Program-made: the position numbers and the translations under genes
In this document: positions 21,865 to 33,304 of the stretch, in pieces
Numbering within the stretch: position 1 is the stretch's first letter
Layout of the letters: each line of letters opens with the position of its first letter
Source of the DNA: an uncultured candidate division Zixibacteria bacterium
GTDB lineage: Bacteria > Zixibacteria > MSB-5A5 > UBA10806
DNA: 64,000 bases
NCBI GenBank assembly: GCA_963801605.1
Contig: CAWDFP010000006.1
Coordinates: forward strand, 704,001-768,000
Direction: 5' to 3'
The notes under the pieces: generated by a model
Database searches by the model: none
The model's input: only the letters and a program-made list of their open reading frames with translations
Told to the model about the DNA's origin: nothing

Positions 21865-22926
21865 TTAAAATATATCTATTTCGCGCATTAAAGCGTCGAA
21901 AATTTCCGACTCAGTATATCTTCCAATCGTCTGGCCTTTGCGAGTAAGCGTTAGCATACCCTTACCGCCGATTATTGCCAAATCGGCTCCCGAGGCTTCG
22001 CCCGGGCCGTTCACATTACATCCCATGACCGCAACCTTGATATCTTTATTTATTCCCTCGAGCGCTTTTTCAACTTTTTCCGCCAGTTGATATATATCTG
22101 TCTCGGTCCTTGCGCAGGATGGACAACTTATCAGCTCTAAACCGCGCCGACGCAGCCCCAGCGATTTAAGAATATCCCAGGCGGCTTTAACTTCCTGTTC
22201 GATATCAGCGGATAGAGATACTCGAATAGTATCTCCGATACCTTCCAATAGGAGATGGCCCAAGGCAACCGAGCTTTTAATCGCCCCGGTAAACGCTGTG
22301 CCGGCTTCGGTTACCCCCAGATGAAGCGGGTAGTCGCATCTCAATGCTATCATCTGATAACACTCTATGGTTTCAAGGGCTGTGGAAGCTTTAATTGAAA
22401 TCACGATATCATTGAATTTATGACGCTCCAATAATTCAACATGACGTAAAGCAGATTCAACCATCGCCTGAGGCGTAGGGCCGCCAAATTTATCTATTAG
22501 TTCAGATTCTACCGAGCCGTGGTTAACACCGATCCGAATTGGAATCCCTTTCTCGGCGGCCTTCTCTACCACCGCCCGTACTTTATCATCGCCTCCGATA
22601 TTCCCCGGGTTAATCCGAAGCTTGTCGAATCCGGCATCGGCAGCCATCAGAGCGAATTGATAATTGAAATGTATATCCGCCACAAGCGGCACATCGGTTC
22701 CCCTTTTGATATCTGAGAGCGCCTCCGCTGCCCGGCGATCGGGTACCCCCAACCTTACTATTTCCGCGCCCAGTGACGCGGCCCGATTTATCTCATCAAT
22801 CGTCTTTTGAACATTATCGGTCGGCGTATTGATCATTGTTTGGACGGCGATTGGGTGATCGCCCCCAATAGTGACCTTTCCAATTTTAACAGGTCTGCTT
22901 TTTCGCCTAATTATCATTTTTTTCAT
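21865..22926 (-). CDS. ispG: HMBPP synthase
   Basis: PLVADIHF, RINPGNIG, HLGVTEAG, SCPSCAR, VMGCNVNGPGE. Confidence 0.96.
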   Translation of the reverse strand: MKKMIIRRKSRPVKIGKVTIGGDHPIAVQTMINTPTDNVQKTIDEINRAASLGAEIVRLGVPDRRAAEALSDIKRGTDVPLVADIHFNYQFALMAADAGFDKLRINPGNIGGDDKVRAVVEKAAEKGIPIRIGVNHGSVESELIDKFGGPTPQAMVESALRHVELLERHKFNDIVISIKASTALETIECYQMIALRCDYPLHLGVTEAGTAFTGAIKSSVALGHLLLEGIGDTIRVSLSADIEQEVKAAWDILKSLGLRRRGLELISCPSCARTETDIYQLAEKVEKALEGINKDIKVAVMGCNVNGPGEASGADLAIIGGKGMLTLTRKGQTIGRYTESEIFDALMREIDIF

Positions 22927-23797
22927 CGATTACTTTGACCGGAGCGCCACCATTAAGGACGGCAATTCTCTTAATTGCCTCCACAACATCCATAACGACC
23001 GAATCGGGTGTCGAGGCTCCGGCCGTAATGCCCAAATTATTAATATCCTTAAGCCATGAATCTTGAAGCTCATCGCTGTTGTCGATCAGGTAGGCCGGGG
23101 TGCCGGTCTGCTTGGCTATCTGCACCAGACGTTGGGAATTGGCTGACGTTTGCGAACCGACCACTATCATCAGGTCCATGCGTGGCGCGAGATCCAGTAT
23201 CGAGGCTTGTCTTTGACGGGTGGCGTCGCAGATGGTGTTCTTGACACGAACCTCTTTGTACTTCGATTCCACCAATTTGACAGCCTTTTCGAACCGTTCG
23301 ACCGATTGCGTACTTTGAGAAATAAAAGCTACGTTCCCCTCGATCTCCGGTAGGTCCTCAATTGAATCTATCTTGTTTAAAACGATGATCCTGTCCGGGG
23401 CGTGGCCTTTGACGCCTTTCATCTCGTCGTGATTTTCATCACCAAATACAATTACCGTATAGTTTCGCTTAATAAAGTAATCGGCGGCCTTGTGAAGCAC
23501 GGTAACCAGCGGGCAAGTGGAATCTATAACGTTAAGACCTCGTGACCGAGCATCCTCAATAACTTTCGGAGCCACTCCGTGTGCCGATATTATCAGCGTT
23601 CCACTGTTTACTTTTTCAAGCGAGTTAGTTCGGCAAATCCCTTTAGCCTCGAGATTTTTAACAACCGAATGGTTATGCACGATTTCGTTTAGTATGGTTA
23701 TATCGCCGTCGAGATTGGCACGAGCTTCCTCGGCCATGCCGATCGACCGTTCCACTCCCATGCAGAATCCGCGGGCTTTTGCAAGATAGATATTCAT
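22907..23797 (-). CDS. ispH: HMBPP reductase
   Basis: RGFCMGV, IVHN, DSTCPLV, TICDAT, SANS, TAGASTP. Confidence 0.96.
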   Translation of the reverse strand: MNIYLAKARGFCMGVERSIGMAEEARANLDGDITILNEIVHNHSVVKNLEAKGICRTNSLEKVNSGTLIISAHGVAPKVIEDARSRGLNVIDSTCPLVTVLHKAADYFIKRNYTVIVFGDENHDEMKGVKGHAPDRIIVLNKIDSIEDLPEIEGNVAFISQSTQSVERFEKAVKLVESKYKEVRVKNTICDATRQRQASILDLAPRMDLMIVVGSQTSANSQRLVQIAKQTGTPAYLIDNSDELQDSWLKDINNLGITAGASTPDSVVMDVVEAIKRIAVLNGGAPVKVIDEKNDN

Positions 23798-23834
23798 AAC
23801 GTTCCTCCTTCCTTTTACGGCGAAGAAGCCTCCG

Positions 23835-24398
23835 TTATTTCAGCTTAAGAAAATATTCATGCAAAACACCGCTGCCCGATAGCTCCGGATGAAAAGTTAA
23901 GGCCAGCTTATTACCGGATCGCACGCCTGTTACATCATTACCCAACCAGGCTATCGGCTCAACGTTGGGGCCATATTGGGAAATCTTGGGCGCCCTGATA
24001 AAGACCATCTCAAACGGCGAATCGAGAAATGATAATCTCCCTGGCGCTGTGAATGAATTTATCTGACGGCCATAGGCATTGCGTTTGATAGTCATATCAA
24101 CCATGCCCCAACCATCTGAATCGGGCGATAGAATCTTGCGTGCCATCATAATAGACCCCATGCAGGTTCCCATGACCGGTCCCGCAAACGTTTTCAGCGG
24201 CTCCCATAGGCCGTTTTGTCCTGCCACTTTCCGGATGGTTGTCGATTCTCCGCCGGGAATTATCAAATGGGTGACGTTTTGCAGGTCGGGAGTGTTCCGA
24301 ATTTCGCGAGTTTCGACGCTAAGGCTATTTAGTACCTCGAGATGGGCCTGGAAATCACCCTGGATAGCCAGGACCCCTACTACAATCGGGTTTCGCAT
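23835..24398 (-). CDS. pdxT: PLP synthase glutaminase subunit
   Basis: GVLAIQGDF, PGGESTT, GTCMG, RNAYGRQ, FHPEL. Confidence 0.95.
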   Translation of the reverse strand: MRNPIVVGVLAIQGDFQAHLEVLNSLSVETREIRNTPDLQNVTHLIIPGGESTTIRKVAGQNGLWEPLKTFAGPVMGTCMGSIMMARKILSPDSDGWGMVDMTIKRNAYGRQINSFTAPGRLSFLDSPFEMVFIRAPKISQYGPNVEPIAWLGNDVTGVRSGNKLALTFHPELSGSGVLHEYFLKLK

Positions 24399-24438
24399 AT
24401 TATCAAAATACCAAACATACTTTTTTATATTTACGCTT

Positions 24439-24464
24439 AAGGGGCGTATTGCGTTACGCCCCTT
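24439..24464. repeat. REP-like GC-rich palindrome
   Basis: AAGGGGCGTA-TTGCGT-TACGCCCCTT between pdxS and pdxT. Confidence 0.55.
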
Positions 24465-24528
24465 TCGAAAAATTCAACAACCTCTTTACTATACTGCTTT
24501 CCAGGTATGTTTTAACTCAGTACTGTTA

Positions 24529-25424
24529 TCACCGAGTCTGTAAAAGCTGATCATCGGGAATCAGCTTGATATCCAATCCCTTCATTGCAATTCCCAACGA
24601 TTTGGAAACCTCGGCCACGATCTTCGGCTCTTTGTAATGAGTGGTAGCGATGACCACCGCCTTGGCACGGCTGGCGGGATCGCTCGATTTGAATATCCCG
24701 GAGCCGACAAAAACCGACTCGGCCCCAAGCTGCATCATGAGAGCGGCGTCGGGGGGAGTAGCGATTCCACCGGCGGCGAAATTTGGCACTGGTAGTTTGC
24801 CGTGTTCCTTGAGATAGCAGACCAGATCGTATGGGGCGCCGAGATTCTTGGCCTCGGTCATGAGTTGTTCGTCATCGAGCACCGTGATGCGCCTGATAGC
24901 ATCCATTACCGAACGCATGTGACGGACGGCCTCAACGATATTGCCGGAGCCGGCCTCGCCTTTGGTGCGAATCATGGCTGCGCCTTCGCCGATTCTGCGC
25001 AGGGCCTCGCCCAGATTGCGGCATCCGCAAACAAAGGGGACAGTGAATTTGTGCTTGTCGATATGGTAGTGTTCGTCGGCGGGGGTGAGGACCTCCGATT
25101 CATCGATGAAATCGACCTCGAGCGCCTGCAGCACCTGGGCCTCGGCGAAATGCCCGATCCGACATTTGGCCATGACCGGAATCGAGACCGCTTCCTGTAT
25201 CTGTTCGATAATGGCGGGGTCGGCCATACGGGCTACGCCGCCTTCGGCTCTAATATCGGCCGGGACTTTTTCGAGCGCCATAACAGCGCAGGCGCCGGCG
25301 TCCTCGGCGATCTTAGCCTGATCGGCGGTTGTTACGTCCATGATGACTCCGCCTTTTAGCATCTCGGCTAAGCCGACTTTAACCTTGTATTCTTTATTCG
25401 CTGGGCGAATTTATCCCCTATCAT
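24529..25424 (-). CDS. pdxS: PLP synthase lyase subunit; N-terminal frameshift
   Basis: [41 protein letters not shown] and ATG at 25424 are out of frame by indels. Confidence 0.95.
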
Positions 25425-25482
25425 ATCAACCTCATTAAAATGCCCATAAGATTTGTAGAGTTTTCCAATCCATTATGGATTC

Positions 25483-25583
25483 AAGATATGTATTGCAAAG
25501 GATGGTGTCAATAGGGAACGGGGGACTAATATGTCCGTAGAGGTCGTTTTTGTCTTGACAAAGGGGGATGGCCTATCTATGAT
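25483..25583. promoter_or_regulatory. Divergent sigma70 promoters (pdxS and secreted-protein cassette)
   Basis: Minus TTGACA-17-TATCTT (25511-25483); plus TTGACA-17-TATGAT (25555-25583). Confidence 0.65.
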
Positions 25584-25614
25584 ATATCAAACCCTATATC
25601 CTGGAGGTTTCCCA

Positions 25615-27385
25615 ATGCCTCGCTTTTTAATGATTTTCAGCTTATTCTTCTCGATCTCATCTCTCTCCTTTGCCGATTACCACTACGCCTCCCACACCGG
25701 CATCCAATACCTACCCCTATACCAGCTGGGAGACGGCGGCAGATACATTGCAGGCGGCAGTGGATGCTGCCAGCCCCGGAGATACCATTTATATCGGTTC
25801 CGGTGAATTTGTGGGCCGCACGATTATGGTCAGCAGATGACAGCCTAATGGCCTTAATCGGGATAGGGGCAGATTCCACCTATCTTTACACCACTGATAC
25901 ATCAGAAGTTCTACAATCGGGTCCTAAGTGCTACATTAAAGGCATTCATTTTTCCAATCTGGCTGGCTTATTGACAAATATTGCGCCAATGTGATCAGGT
26001 TGGGATCTTAAGAGTTGAAGATTGTCTTTTCACTCGCGGAAGCGGTTTATTCTTATTGCTCCTCTAATGTTGTTGTCCATAATTGTATTTTCGATAATTT
26101 GAAACATCTATCCAGCCAATAAGAGGATGTAGCAGGAAATTTTCATTAGAGGTGTCCAACTGCTTGTTTCGCAATTTACGGGGCGAACCAGTACAGGTCT
26201 TTACTCAACATGGGGTTATTAAAAATAATATTGTACTAAACTCAGAATGGAACCGGCTTTGTATTTGCATGAAACCACCGGAGGCGTATGTCTCAGCTTA
26301 CAAATAATATAATCCAAAACTATTGTTGCGGTGGGTTTTTATGGGTTTTACCGACACCCTCAAGTAGTGTGATAATAATGCAGTTAACCGGTCTTATCAT
26401 CGGGATTATTACGGGCAGATCATTGCTGTTACTACATTTAATGCCATATTGAAAATAATTCTAATAACCAATTCAACCTCTGGATTGGGATTAACCGGGA
26501 ATTATACGCTTTCTGTTCATTACAGCGATTTCTGGGGCAATGCCGGCTCGAACTTTCAAGGATACATATGATAACGGCAGTTTTGATACCAGCTCGGGAT
26601 TTATACATGTTGACCCGATGTATAATAATCCCGATTCTGGGGATTTCAGACTACAAGCTTATTCTTCTCTGATTGACGCCGGAGATCCCGAAATCTTGGA
26701 TTATGACGGCAGTAGAAGCGATATCGGCGCCTTGGGAGGGCCTGGAGGATATTTCTACGAGTATCAGGACATGCCACCAAGAACTCCCGACAGCCTGCGA
26801 TCTATTATCTCAAGTGATAGCCTGATAATTAGCTGGCGACAAAATACCGAGGCAGATTTCTGGCGTTACATTGTTAATAGAGATACTCTCTCTAACTTTA
26901 CCCCCTGGGCAGGCAATATTGTCTCCGAGCCAGAGACAAGCCTGTTTGTCGATCAAAATTGGGATAGATTCCATAACTACTATTACAAGATTGCGGCTTA
27001 TGATCATCAAGGGAACCTAAGCCCTTATTCGCCGGAGCTTGAGGTCAGGAATGTAGGCGTTTGGGGAGAGCCGCTTAACATTCCATATACCACTTATATC
27101 GAGTCAAATTACCCTAATCCATTTAATGAGGCCACAACCATTACCTTTTTTGTGGCCGATATCGGTCCCAAACCGGCCCAGATTGAAATTGATATTTACG
27201 ATATTTTGGGCAGGAAAATCCTGACTCTATTAAATGAGAAGTATTTCCCGGGTAGATATTCAGTTCCCTGGAATGGGAGAGATGAGAGAGGAAACTCCTT
27301 AAGCAGCGGTGTCTATTTTGCCAGAATATCTCAGTGGGGAATAGATTTTATAAATGGTCCCAGGAAACTTGTGATTCTAAAGTGA
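25615..27385 (+). CDS. Secreted beta-helix (pectin-lyase-like)/FN3 protein with CTD; several frameshifts 25700-26540
   Basis: Signal peptide, then ADYHYASHTG...WETAADTLQAAVDAASPGDTIYIG; Asn-rich beta-helix fragments; DFRLQAYSSLIDAGDP...RSDIGALGGP; NYPNPFN CTD. Confidence 0.65.
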
Positions 27386-27400
27386 AAGCGGAGGGAGGTA

Positions 27401-29450
27401 GTGATGAGCAGGTTGTTTCTTATTGTTGTAGCCGTGTTGTTTCTGTTTTGTACCATTAATGCCGCTGAACTGCCGATGGTGATGTATACAACCAATGATA
27501 CTCTGGTATTGCCTGATACGGCGGAGCTTAGGGACGACTTGGGGATTAATTATATTTATGGAACAGTTGATTCTTTTGCAGTGGGTCCGCTAAAGGATGC
27601 CCGGTTTGGTCTGATAAAGTGGGGCGGTGAGGGTTGGAGCAATAATATAAATTATTACTCCGGCAAGAGCTATTTCCAGGTCGGAGCTACCGACGATACC
27701 TCATTCCCCAGGTTTCAAAGACAGAGAGGCACTCCTTCGGGAGGGCATTTGGTTTCGAATACCGCCGAAATGGCACTTGATTCTCTATGGTTTTTCCAGA
27801 ACGTAACGTCCGGCTTTAATAATGAAACTTATCCCAGATCATTTTTCGCTCAAATGAGGCTTGCTATTGACACCAATAGCGTGGCCATAGGCGATACCAT
27901 AGGCACATTATATGTCCACAGATTAGTCGATAGCATGATTGTTGATAGCACTTATTTGGGAGACAGCTTGATAGTCGATACCACGTACGCTGAAGCCTGG
28001 GATGAAAGGGCTGGCCATACCAATTTTGGCCGATGATTCTCTTCTGACGGGACGTTTCTTTGAAGTTCCAGCAAATCCTCCTTCATTTACACTTGGCGCT
28101 GAGGGTAATTTTGGGGGTTATCCAATTAAATACTCATTTTGGAACACCGGCATTACTACGGTCTATCTGGATTCCCTCAAATGCTATGATGAGGCAGGCA
28201 AAGAGTTTGTTCAAGATACTACTTTAATGAGATATTATCATAATCTTGTAACAGCCCCCACTTGGAACCAGATTGATTACTGGTGGCTGCGCGACGAGCC
28301 GAAATACGATTATTATCAGCCCTGGGCGAAAGTGCGCACTTTGGTAAATACCGCTGCTGGGACCGATAAATCGATAGGGGCCTTTTGGCCAACTACAATC
28401 CAAAATGGCTGGTCAACGGAAGAGATAGCTGCAACAGTGAGATCCTTTTTGGAAGCTACCCATCAGAACCGAATTATCATCAATGATTACCCCTTTATTG
28501 GGGGCCTTGACATCGGTACAAATTATCTTTGGTTTACCACTTATACCGGTTATGAGGAGCAAGACGAAAGCCAAAGTGCTTTTCGCGGTATCCAAAGGGA
28601 GATAGAAGATGTCTCCGCAAAAATATTGGGTGTTTTGGCAGAAGAGGTAAGAGATGGGGGTATTCTGAAAGAATTTTGGCAGTCTCCTCAATGGATGTAT
28701 TCGGGAGCAGCTTATACGGGAGGAGAGCCGCCCAATACCAAATATATCTACAGGCCGCTGACCAGATCTGAGTTAAGACTTCAGATAGGACTTGGTCTTT
28801 GTTATGGTGCCAAAGGATTCAATTTCTGGCGGTATGATTATGGATTATGTGATCCTGGTCGCTGCGATATCGGCAGTGACAACTCCTGCTGGCAGGGCGG
28901 GCTATACGATACGGTCGGAGGAATTCCGCAAAGAAATAGTTTGATGTGGGACGTGCTGGCCAATGAGATCAATCCTTACTTAAAGGCTATAGATACGGTC
29001 TATCTGGGATTGCATTGGAATCGGGCTTATGCCTGTAGCAGCGGGGTGCCGATTAATACTCCGGGTGGAACTATCATATCTTCCATTTCCGCATTCTCAA
29101 ATTCTCCAGATTCCAATCCCGACCTTGGGTGGTTTCATGTGGGTGAATTTGATTCCTCAGGCGAAAGATATGTGATGATAGTAAATAGGGCATGTTCGCA
29201 GGGCCAATATGATCCAACCGAAGCGCCCTCCATAACGGCCACAATCCAACTTGACGCCGACAATCTTGCCCTTAATAGCAATAGTCTTTATGTGATAGAT
29301 TTAGCCCATTCATTCCGGTATGCGGGTTTGGATACGGGTTGGGTCGGTATCCCTGAAACCACTTATACAACCGGAAGCTACCTTATCCCGTTCACCACCA
29401 CTCTAAAGGCCGGCGAAGGCAAACTATTTAAGATTGCCAAATCTTTTTAA
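27401..29450 (+). CDS. Secreted hypothetical protein with possible GH-A-like TIM barrel; frameshift near 28010
   Basis: Signal peptide; ORFs 27401-28036 and 28002-29450 overlap; WLRDEP and CYGAKGFNFWRY motifs. Confidence 0.6.
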
Positions 29451-29511
29451 TATGATATTGTTGAAGCGGCACGATAACGCCTTTATATCCAAATAACGCG
29501 GAGATACTCCG

Positions 29512-29650
29512 ATGAAAAGAATCAACCTGCTTATATTAACAACCCTTTTTATAATAATAAAACTCTCGTATGCCGATTACCACTACGCCTCCCATTCTGG
29601 CTCCAGTGTTTACCCGTAAACTGGCTGGGGGATGGCTGCGGGGCAACATT
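29512..29650 (+). pseudogene. 5' remnant of a paralogue of the 25615 gene
   Basis: GGAG SD, MKRINLLILTTLFIIIKLSYADYHYASHSGSSVYP, TAA at 29617, then TGWGMAA; similarity stops near 29650. Confidence 0.75.
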
Positions 29651-29729
29651 ATACCTCCACGCACAGCAATAGCCACACACCTCAAAACAATCTTATAAAG
29701 TTTTAGACCTACGGGAGAGCTTGAGGCGG

Positions 29730-30986
29730 TTAGCCGCTCATGCTTTCGAGGAATTTGGCGTTGGTCTTGGTCTTCATCATCCGCTCAAGGAGGAATTCCA
29801 TCGCCTCGACAGGGTTCATCTCGTTGAGGAACTTCCTCAATACCCACACGCGGTTGAGTTCCTCGGCAGTCATGAGCAACTCTTCCTTGCGGGTGCCGCT
29901 GCGGTTGATATCCATAGCAGGGAAGATACGCCGGTCTGACAAACGACGGTCGAGCACGATTTCCATATTGCCGGTGCCCTTGAACTCCTCGAAAATAACA
30001 TCATCCATGCGCGAACCGGTCTCTACCAATGCCGTGGCGATAATGGTAAGCGAGCCGCCCTCCTCGACATTTCTGGCCGCTCCAAAGAATCGTTTCGGTT
30101 TCTGAAGCGCATTAGAGTCAACGCCACCCGATAGAATCTTGCCGGAATGCGGCACCACCGCGTTATAAGCGCGCGCCAGACGAGTGATCGAGTCAAGCAA
30201 TATCACCACATGATTCTGATGCTCAACCAGGCGCTTGGCCTTGTCGATTACCATCTCGGCCACCGTGACGTGTCTGTCGGCAGGCTCATCGAATGTTGAG
30301 GAGACGACCTCGGCTTTGACCGAACGCTTCATGTCGGTGACTTCCTCCGGACGTTCGTCAATGAGGAGCACAATCAGTTTCATGTCGGGATGGTTGGTCG
30401 TGATTGCGTTCGCGATCTTCTGAAGAATGATAGTTTTTCCTGCTTTCGGCGGAGATGTAATCAAGCCTCTTTGGCCGCGGCCGATCGGAGTGAGCAAATC
30501 CATAATGCGAGTGGTGGTGTCTTTCGAATCGTGTTCGAGTTTGATCTTATCCTGAGGATAAAGCGGAGTCAGGTTATCGAACAGCACCTTGTGCTTGGCG
30601 ATTTCGGGATTCTCGAAATTAACCGCCTCGATCTTTAGAAGCGCAAAATAGCGTTCACTTTCTTTGGGCGGACGAACCTGTCCGGAAACGGTGTCGCCGC
30701 TGCGCAAGTCAAAGCGCTTTATCTGCGATGGGCTGACATAAATGTCATCGGGGCCGGGCAGATAGTTGTAGTCGGGGCTACGCAAAAAGCCATACCCCTC
30801 GGGCAGGATCTCAAGCACTCCCTCGGCGAAGATCAGGCCATCGGCCTCGGTCTTCCCCTCGAGGATCTTAAAGATCAGCTCCGATTTGCGAAGTCCCGAG
30901 ATACCGGGTATCTTGAGATCCTCGGCGAGCTCGGTCAGCTCCGCGATTGTTTTTGATTTTAATTCAACAATGTCCATTACATTCAC
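29730..30986 (-). CDS. rho: Transcription termination factor Rho
   Basis: [42 protein letters not shown]. Confidence 0.98.
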   Translation of the reverse strand: MNVMDIVELKSKTIAELTELAEDLKIPGISGLRKSELIFKILEGKTEADGLIFAEGVLEILPEGYGFLRSPDYNYLPGPDDIYVSPSQIKRFDLRSGDTVSGQVRPPKESERYFALLKIEAVNFENPEIAKHKVLFDNLTPLYPQDKIKLEHDSKDTTTRIMDLLTPIGRGQRGLITSPPKAGKTIILQKIANAITTNHPDMKLIVLLIDERPEEVTDMKRSVKAEVVSSTFDEPADRHVTVAEMVIDKAKRLVEHQNHVVILLDSITRLARAYNAVVPHSGKILSGGVDSNALQKPKRFFGAARNVEEGGSLTIIATALVETGSRMDDVIFEEFKGTGNMEIVLDRRLSDRRIFPAMDINRSGTRKEELLMTAEELNRVWVLRKFLNEMNPVEAMEFLLERMMKTKTNAKFLESMSG

Positions 30987-31070
30987 CTCTATGTTATCTT
31001 GCCATTATCACCAGTGAGCAGAGCCATATATTCGGCTCCGCCACCTCTGGCATGCAAAAATGATATGTTC

Positions 31071-31412
31071 TTATTCTACTACTTCGATTGGTGCGTCGCC
31101 CCAGAGCTTTTCCAGGGCGTAACGATCGCGGACCTCGGGGCGAAAGATATGAACCACGACGCTGACATAATCCAGAAGAACCCAGTTGAGCGCCTGATAT
31201 CCTTCCTTATGCCAGACTCGAACCCCTCGTTCTTTCAGCTTGTCCACGACGTTGTCAGCGATGGCTTTGACATGTATGTCGACCGTTCCTGAACAGATCA
31301 CGAAATAATCTGCGACATCGGAATGTTTTCTTAAGTCGATAATTTTGATGTCCAGACCGTTCTTGTCCAGAGCATATTTGCAAACCGCTCTGGCTATGTT
31401 CTTAGGGGTCAA
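31071..31412 (-). CDS. rsfS: Ribosome silencing factor
   Basis: ADYFVICSG, WVLLDY..VVVHIF, RYALEKLW. Confidence 0.93.
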   Translation of the reverse strand: MTPKNIARAVCKYALDKNGLDIKIIDLRKHSDVADYFVICSGTVDIHVKAIADNVVDKLKERGVRVWHKEGYQALNWVLLDYVSVVVHIFRPEVRDRYALEKLWGDAPIEVVE

Positions 31413-31413
31413 A

Positions 31414-31938
31414 TTAAAGCGATGCCTCCTTTGCTTTCTTTAGCTTGTCGATATACGAACCGTAATCTCTACCCGCGATCACGGTCACATCGATATTTAG
31501 TAAATTCTCCTCCAGCTTGAGGACGATGATATCACTTTCTGCAATCCCCAACCGTCGGGCTACGCCTCTGGCCTCATCGGATATTCCACCCTCGGATGAT
31601 TGCGAGCCGCGCCTGTCGACCACGGTGGTTTTATCGAACGGGGCCAGCTTGGTATCGCCTTTTTCGATGATGTCATAAACCTGCAGGCTATCGCCGGGCA
31701 TAAGCGCCTCGGCCAGCTTCTGCGCGGCGCCATTATCGCCACAACCGTTTAATACCTGCATCGTAACGCTGGTGGGAGGCTTGATACTTCGTTCCACTAC
31801 CGCCTTGGGGGTCCAGAAAAATGAGGCGATAAAAACGACGACAACGCAGGCGAGAAATATGATGGCCCATCCTGAAAAACTCCTAAATATCGAAGAGCTT
31901 TTATGGGGCCTTGATCTAAGGCTTTTGTTTCTTGTCAT
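31414..31938 (-). CDS. LytR C-terminal domain membrane protein
   Basis: Single TM; QVLNGCG..GAA and DVTVIAGRDY. Confidence 0.8.
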   Translation of the reverse strand: MTRNKSLRSRPHKSSSIFRSFSGWAIIFLACVVVVFIASFFWTPKAVVERSIKPPTSVTMQVLNGCGDNGAAQKLAEALMPGDSLQVYDIIEKGDTKLAPFDKTTVVDRRGSQSSEGGISDEARGVARRLGIAESDIIVLKLEENLLNIDVTVIAGRDYGSYIDKLKKAKEASL

Positions 31939-31986
31939 TTAAAAAGATTGGAAGGGGCTGGAGGGGAAACCCCGAAGGTTAGTTGT

Positions 31987-32436
31987 TTAGTGATGATCCT
32001 CCCATAAATATGGGTTGTAATAATTGTTATATCCATTATAAACAGGGACCTGACGAAAATCGAGCATTAGATGAAAAGCTGATGATGGTCTCCAGTCGAC
32101 CGAAACGCCGGGGACAAAAGCTCCGGATTTTGAAGCCGAGGAGTTACGAGAGAAAAGAGCCGATGGATTATGCACAAAGCCCAGATCAACTCTGACTTTC
32201 AAAGGATTCGATATGGTATATTCAAGGGAATTAAGATAGTAACCGATACTGCCGCTGGTGCCTCCGCCTGAATAATATCCAAAAGAATAACTTTGACTCA
32301 TCTTGAGTCGGGATGGATCAAATAGTGATGTTGAGCTCTTTGTGAGATAAGGCTCTTTCTGAATATCCGGAGCATTTTGCGCTAACGCTGTTATCGGGAT
32401 CAGCGCCAAAATCACCAATGTAATCGTCTTTTTCAT
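31987..32436 (-). CDS. Secreted hypothetical protein (small beta-barrel-like)
   Basis: Signal peptide MKKTITLVILALIPITALA; alternating beta strands. Confidence 0.7.
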   Translation of the reverse strand: MKKTITLVILALIPITALAQNAPDIQKEPYLTKSSTSLFDPSRLKMSQSYSFGYYSGGGTSGSIGYYLNSLEYTISNPLKVRVDLGFVHNPSALFSRNSSASKSGAFVPGVSVDWRPSSAFHLMLDFRQVPVYNGYNNYYNPYLWEDHH

Positions 32437-32451
32437 TTGTTCACCGCTTGA

Positions 32452-32480
32452 ATTATATTTTCAAGGCCCCCTCTTGTCAA
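32452..32480 (-). promoter_or_regulatory. sigma70 promoter, perfect consensus
   Basis: Minus strand TTGACA-17-TATAAT. Confidence 0.75.
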
Positions 32481-32492
32481 CCTATATTACAG

Positions 32493-33250
32493 CTAATCGG
32501 CCCTGCTTGTTCCATTTTTAATGATATTCTCCACCATCTCCAACTCACTTATGGAGTTGATGCCAAACCCCTCAAGCGGGTCCGTTGCCACGATGGCTCC
32601 TACCTTTTTCCCTTGCCCAACCAATATTGATACAGTGTCTGTTAGATAATATTCCTTCTGATCATTGTTATCGCTAAGTTTGTTCAATATCGGTTTTAGT
32701 GACCCCCAGTCGAAACAATAAGCTCCGGTATTAACTTCCTTGATAGCCCTAATCTCTTTATCGGCATCCCGATATTCCACTATTGCTTTGAGAAGCCCAT
32801 TTTCATTGCGTACTATTCGTCCATAGCTGCCAGGATCATCTAGAATTGCGGTCAAGACTACCGCGGCCGCGCCCAGTCGATGTCTATCGTCTACTAAGCG
32901 CTTGATGGTTGAAGGTTTAACCAGAGGCATATCGCCGCATAGAACCACCAGGTCGCCGCTAGAAACCTTCCAGCATCGATTCAGCCATCATAACAGCGTG
33001 GCCGGTCCCGAGTTGTTCCGCTTGAAGCGCGAACTCCACGCCGTAGCCGGAAAGCGCTTTCTTCCACCATTTCGGCCTGATGCCCGATAACCAGAATCTG
33101 ACGACCCAAACCGGCCTCGCGGGCGGCATCAATCACATATTCGACAATATATCGTCCATTTAGTTTATGCAAAACCTTGGGAAGATCGGATTTCATCCGT
33201 TTGCCCTTACCAGCAGCCAGGATTAAGGCGATTTTATCGATATCAATCAA
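32493..33250 (-). CDS. GlmU N-terminal-like sugar-phosphate nucleotidyltransferase (no acetyltransferase domain); frameshifts 32960-33060
   Basis: LILAAGKGKRMKSDLPKVLH, LGTGHAV, GDMPLV, SYGRIVR, EVNTGAY, EYYLTD. Confidence 0.85.
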
Positions 33251-33304
33251 TTGAGATTCCCCTCTCGAAATGGAATTGAAGATATAACGGAAAGCCCGAA
33301 AGGC

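Noticed and set aside
25615..29650. Diversity-generating retroelement TR/VR pair
   Set aside because: The repeat is N-terminal, differences are not adenine-specific and there is no RT nearby
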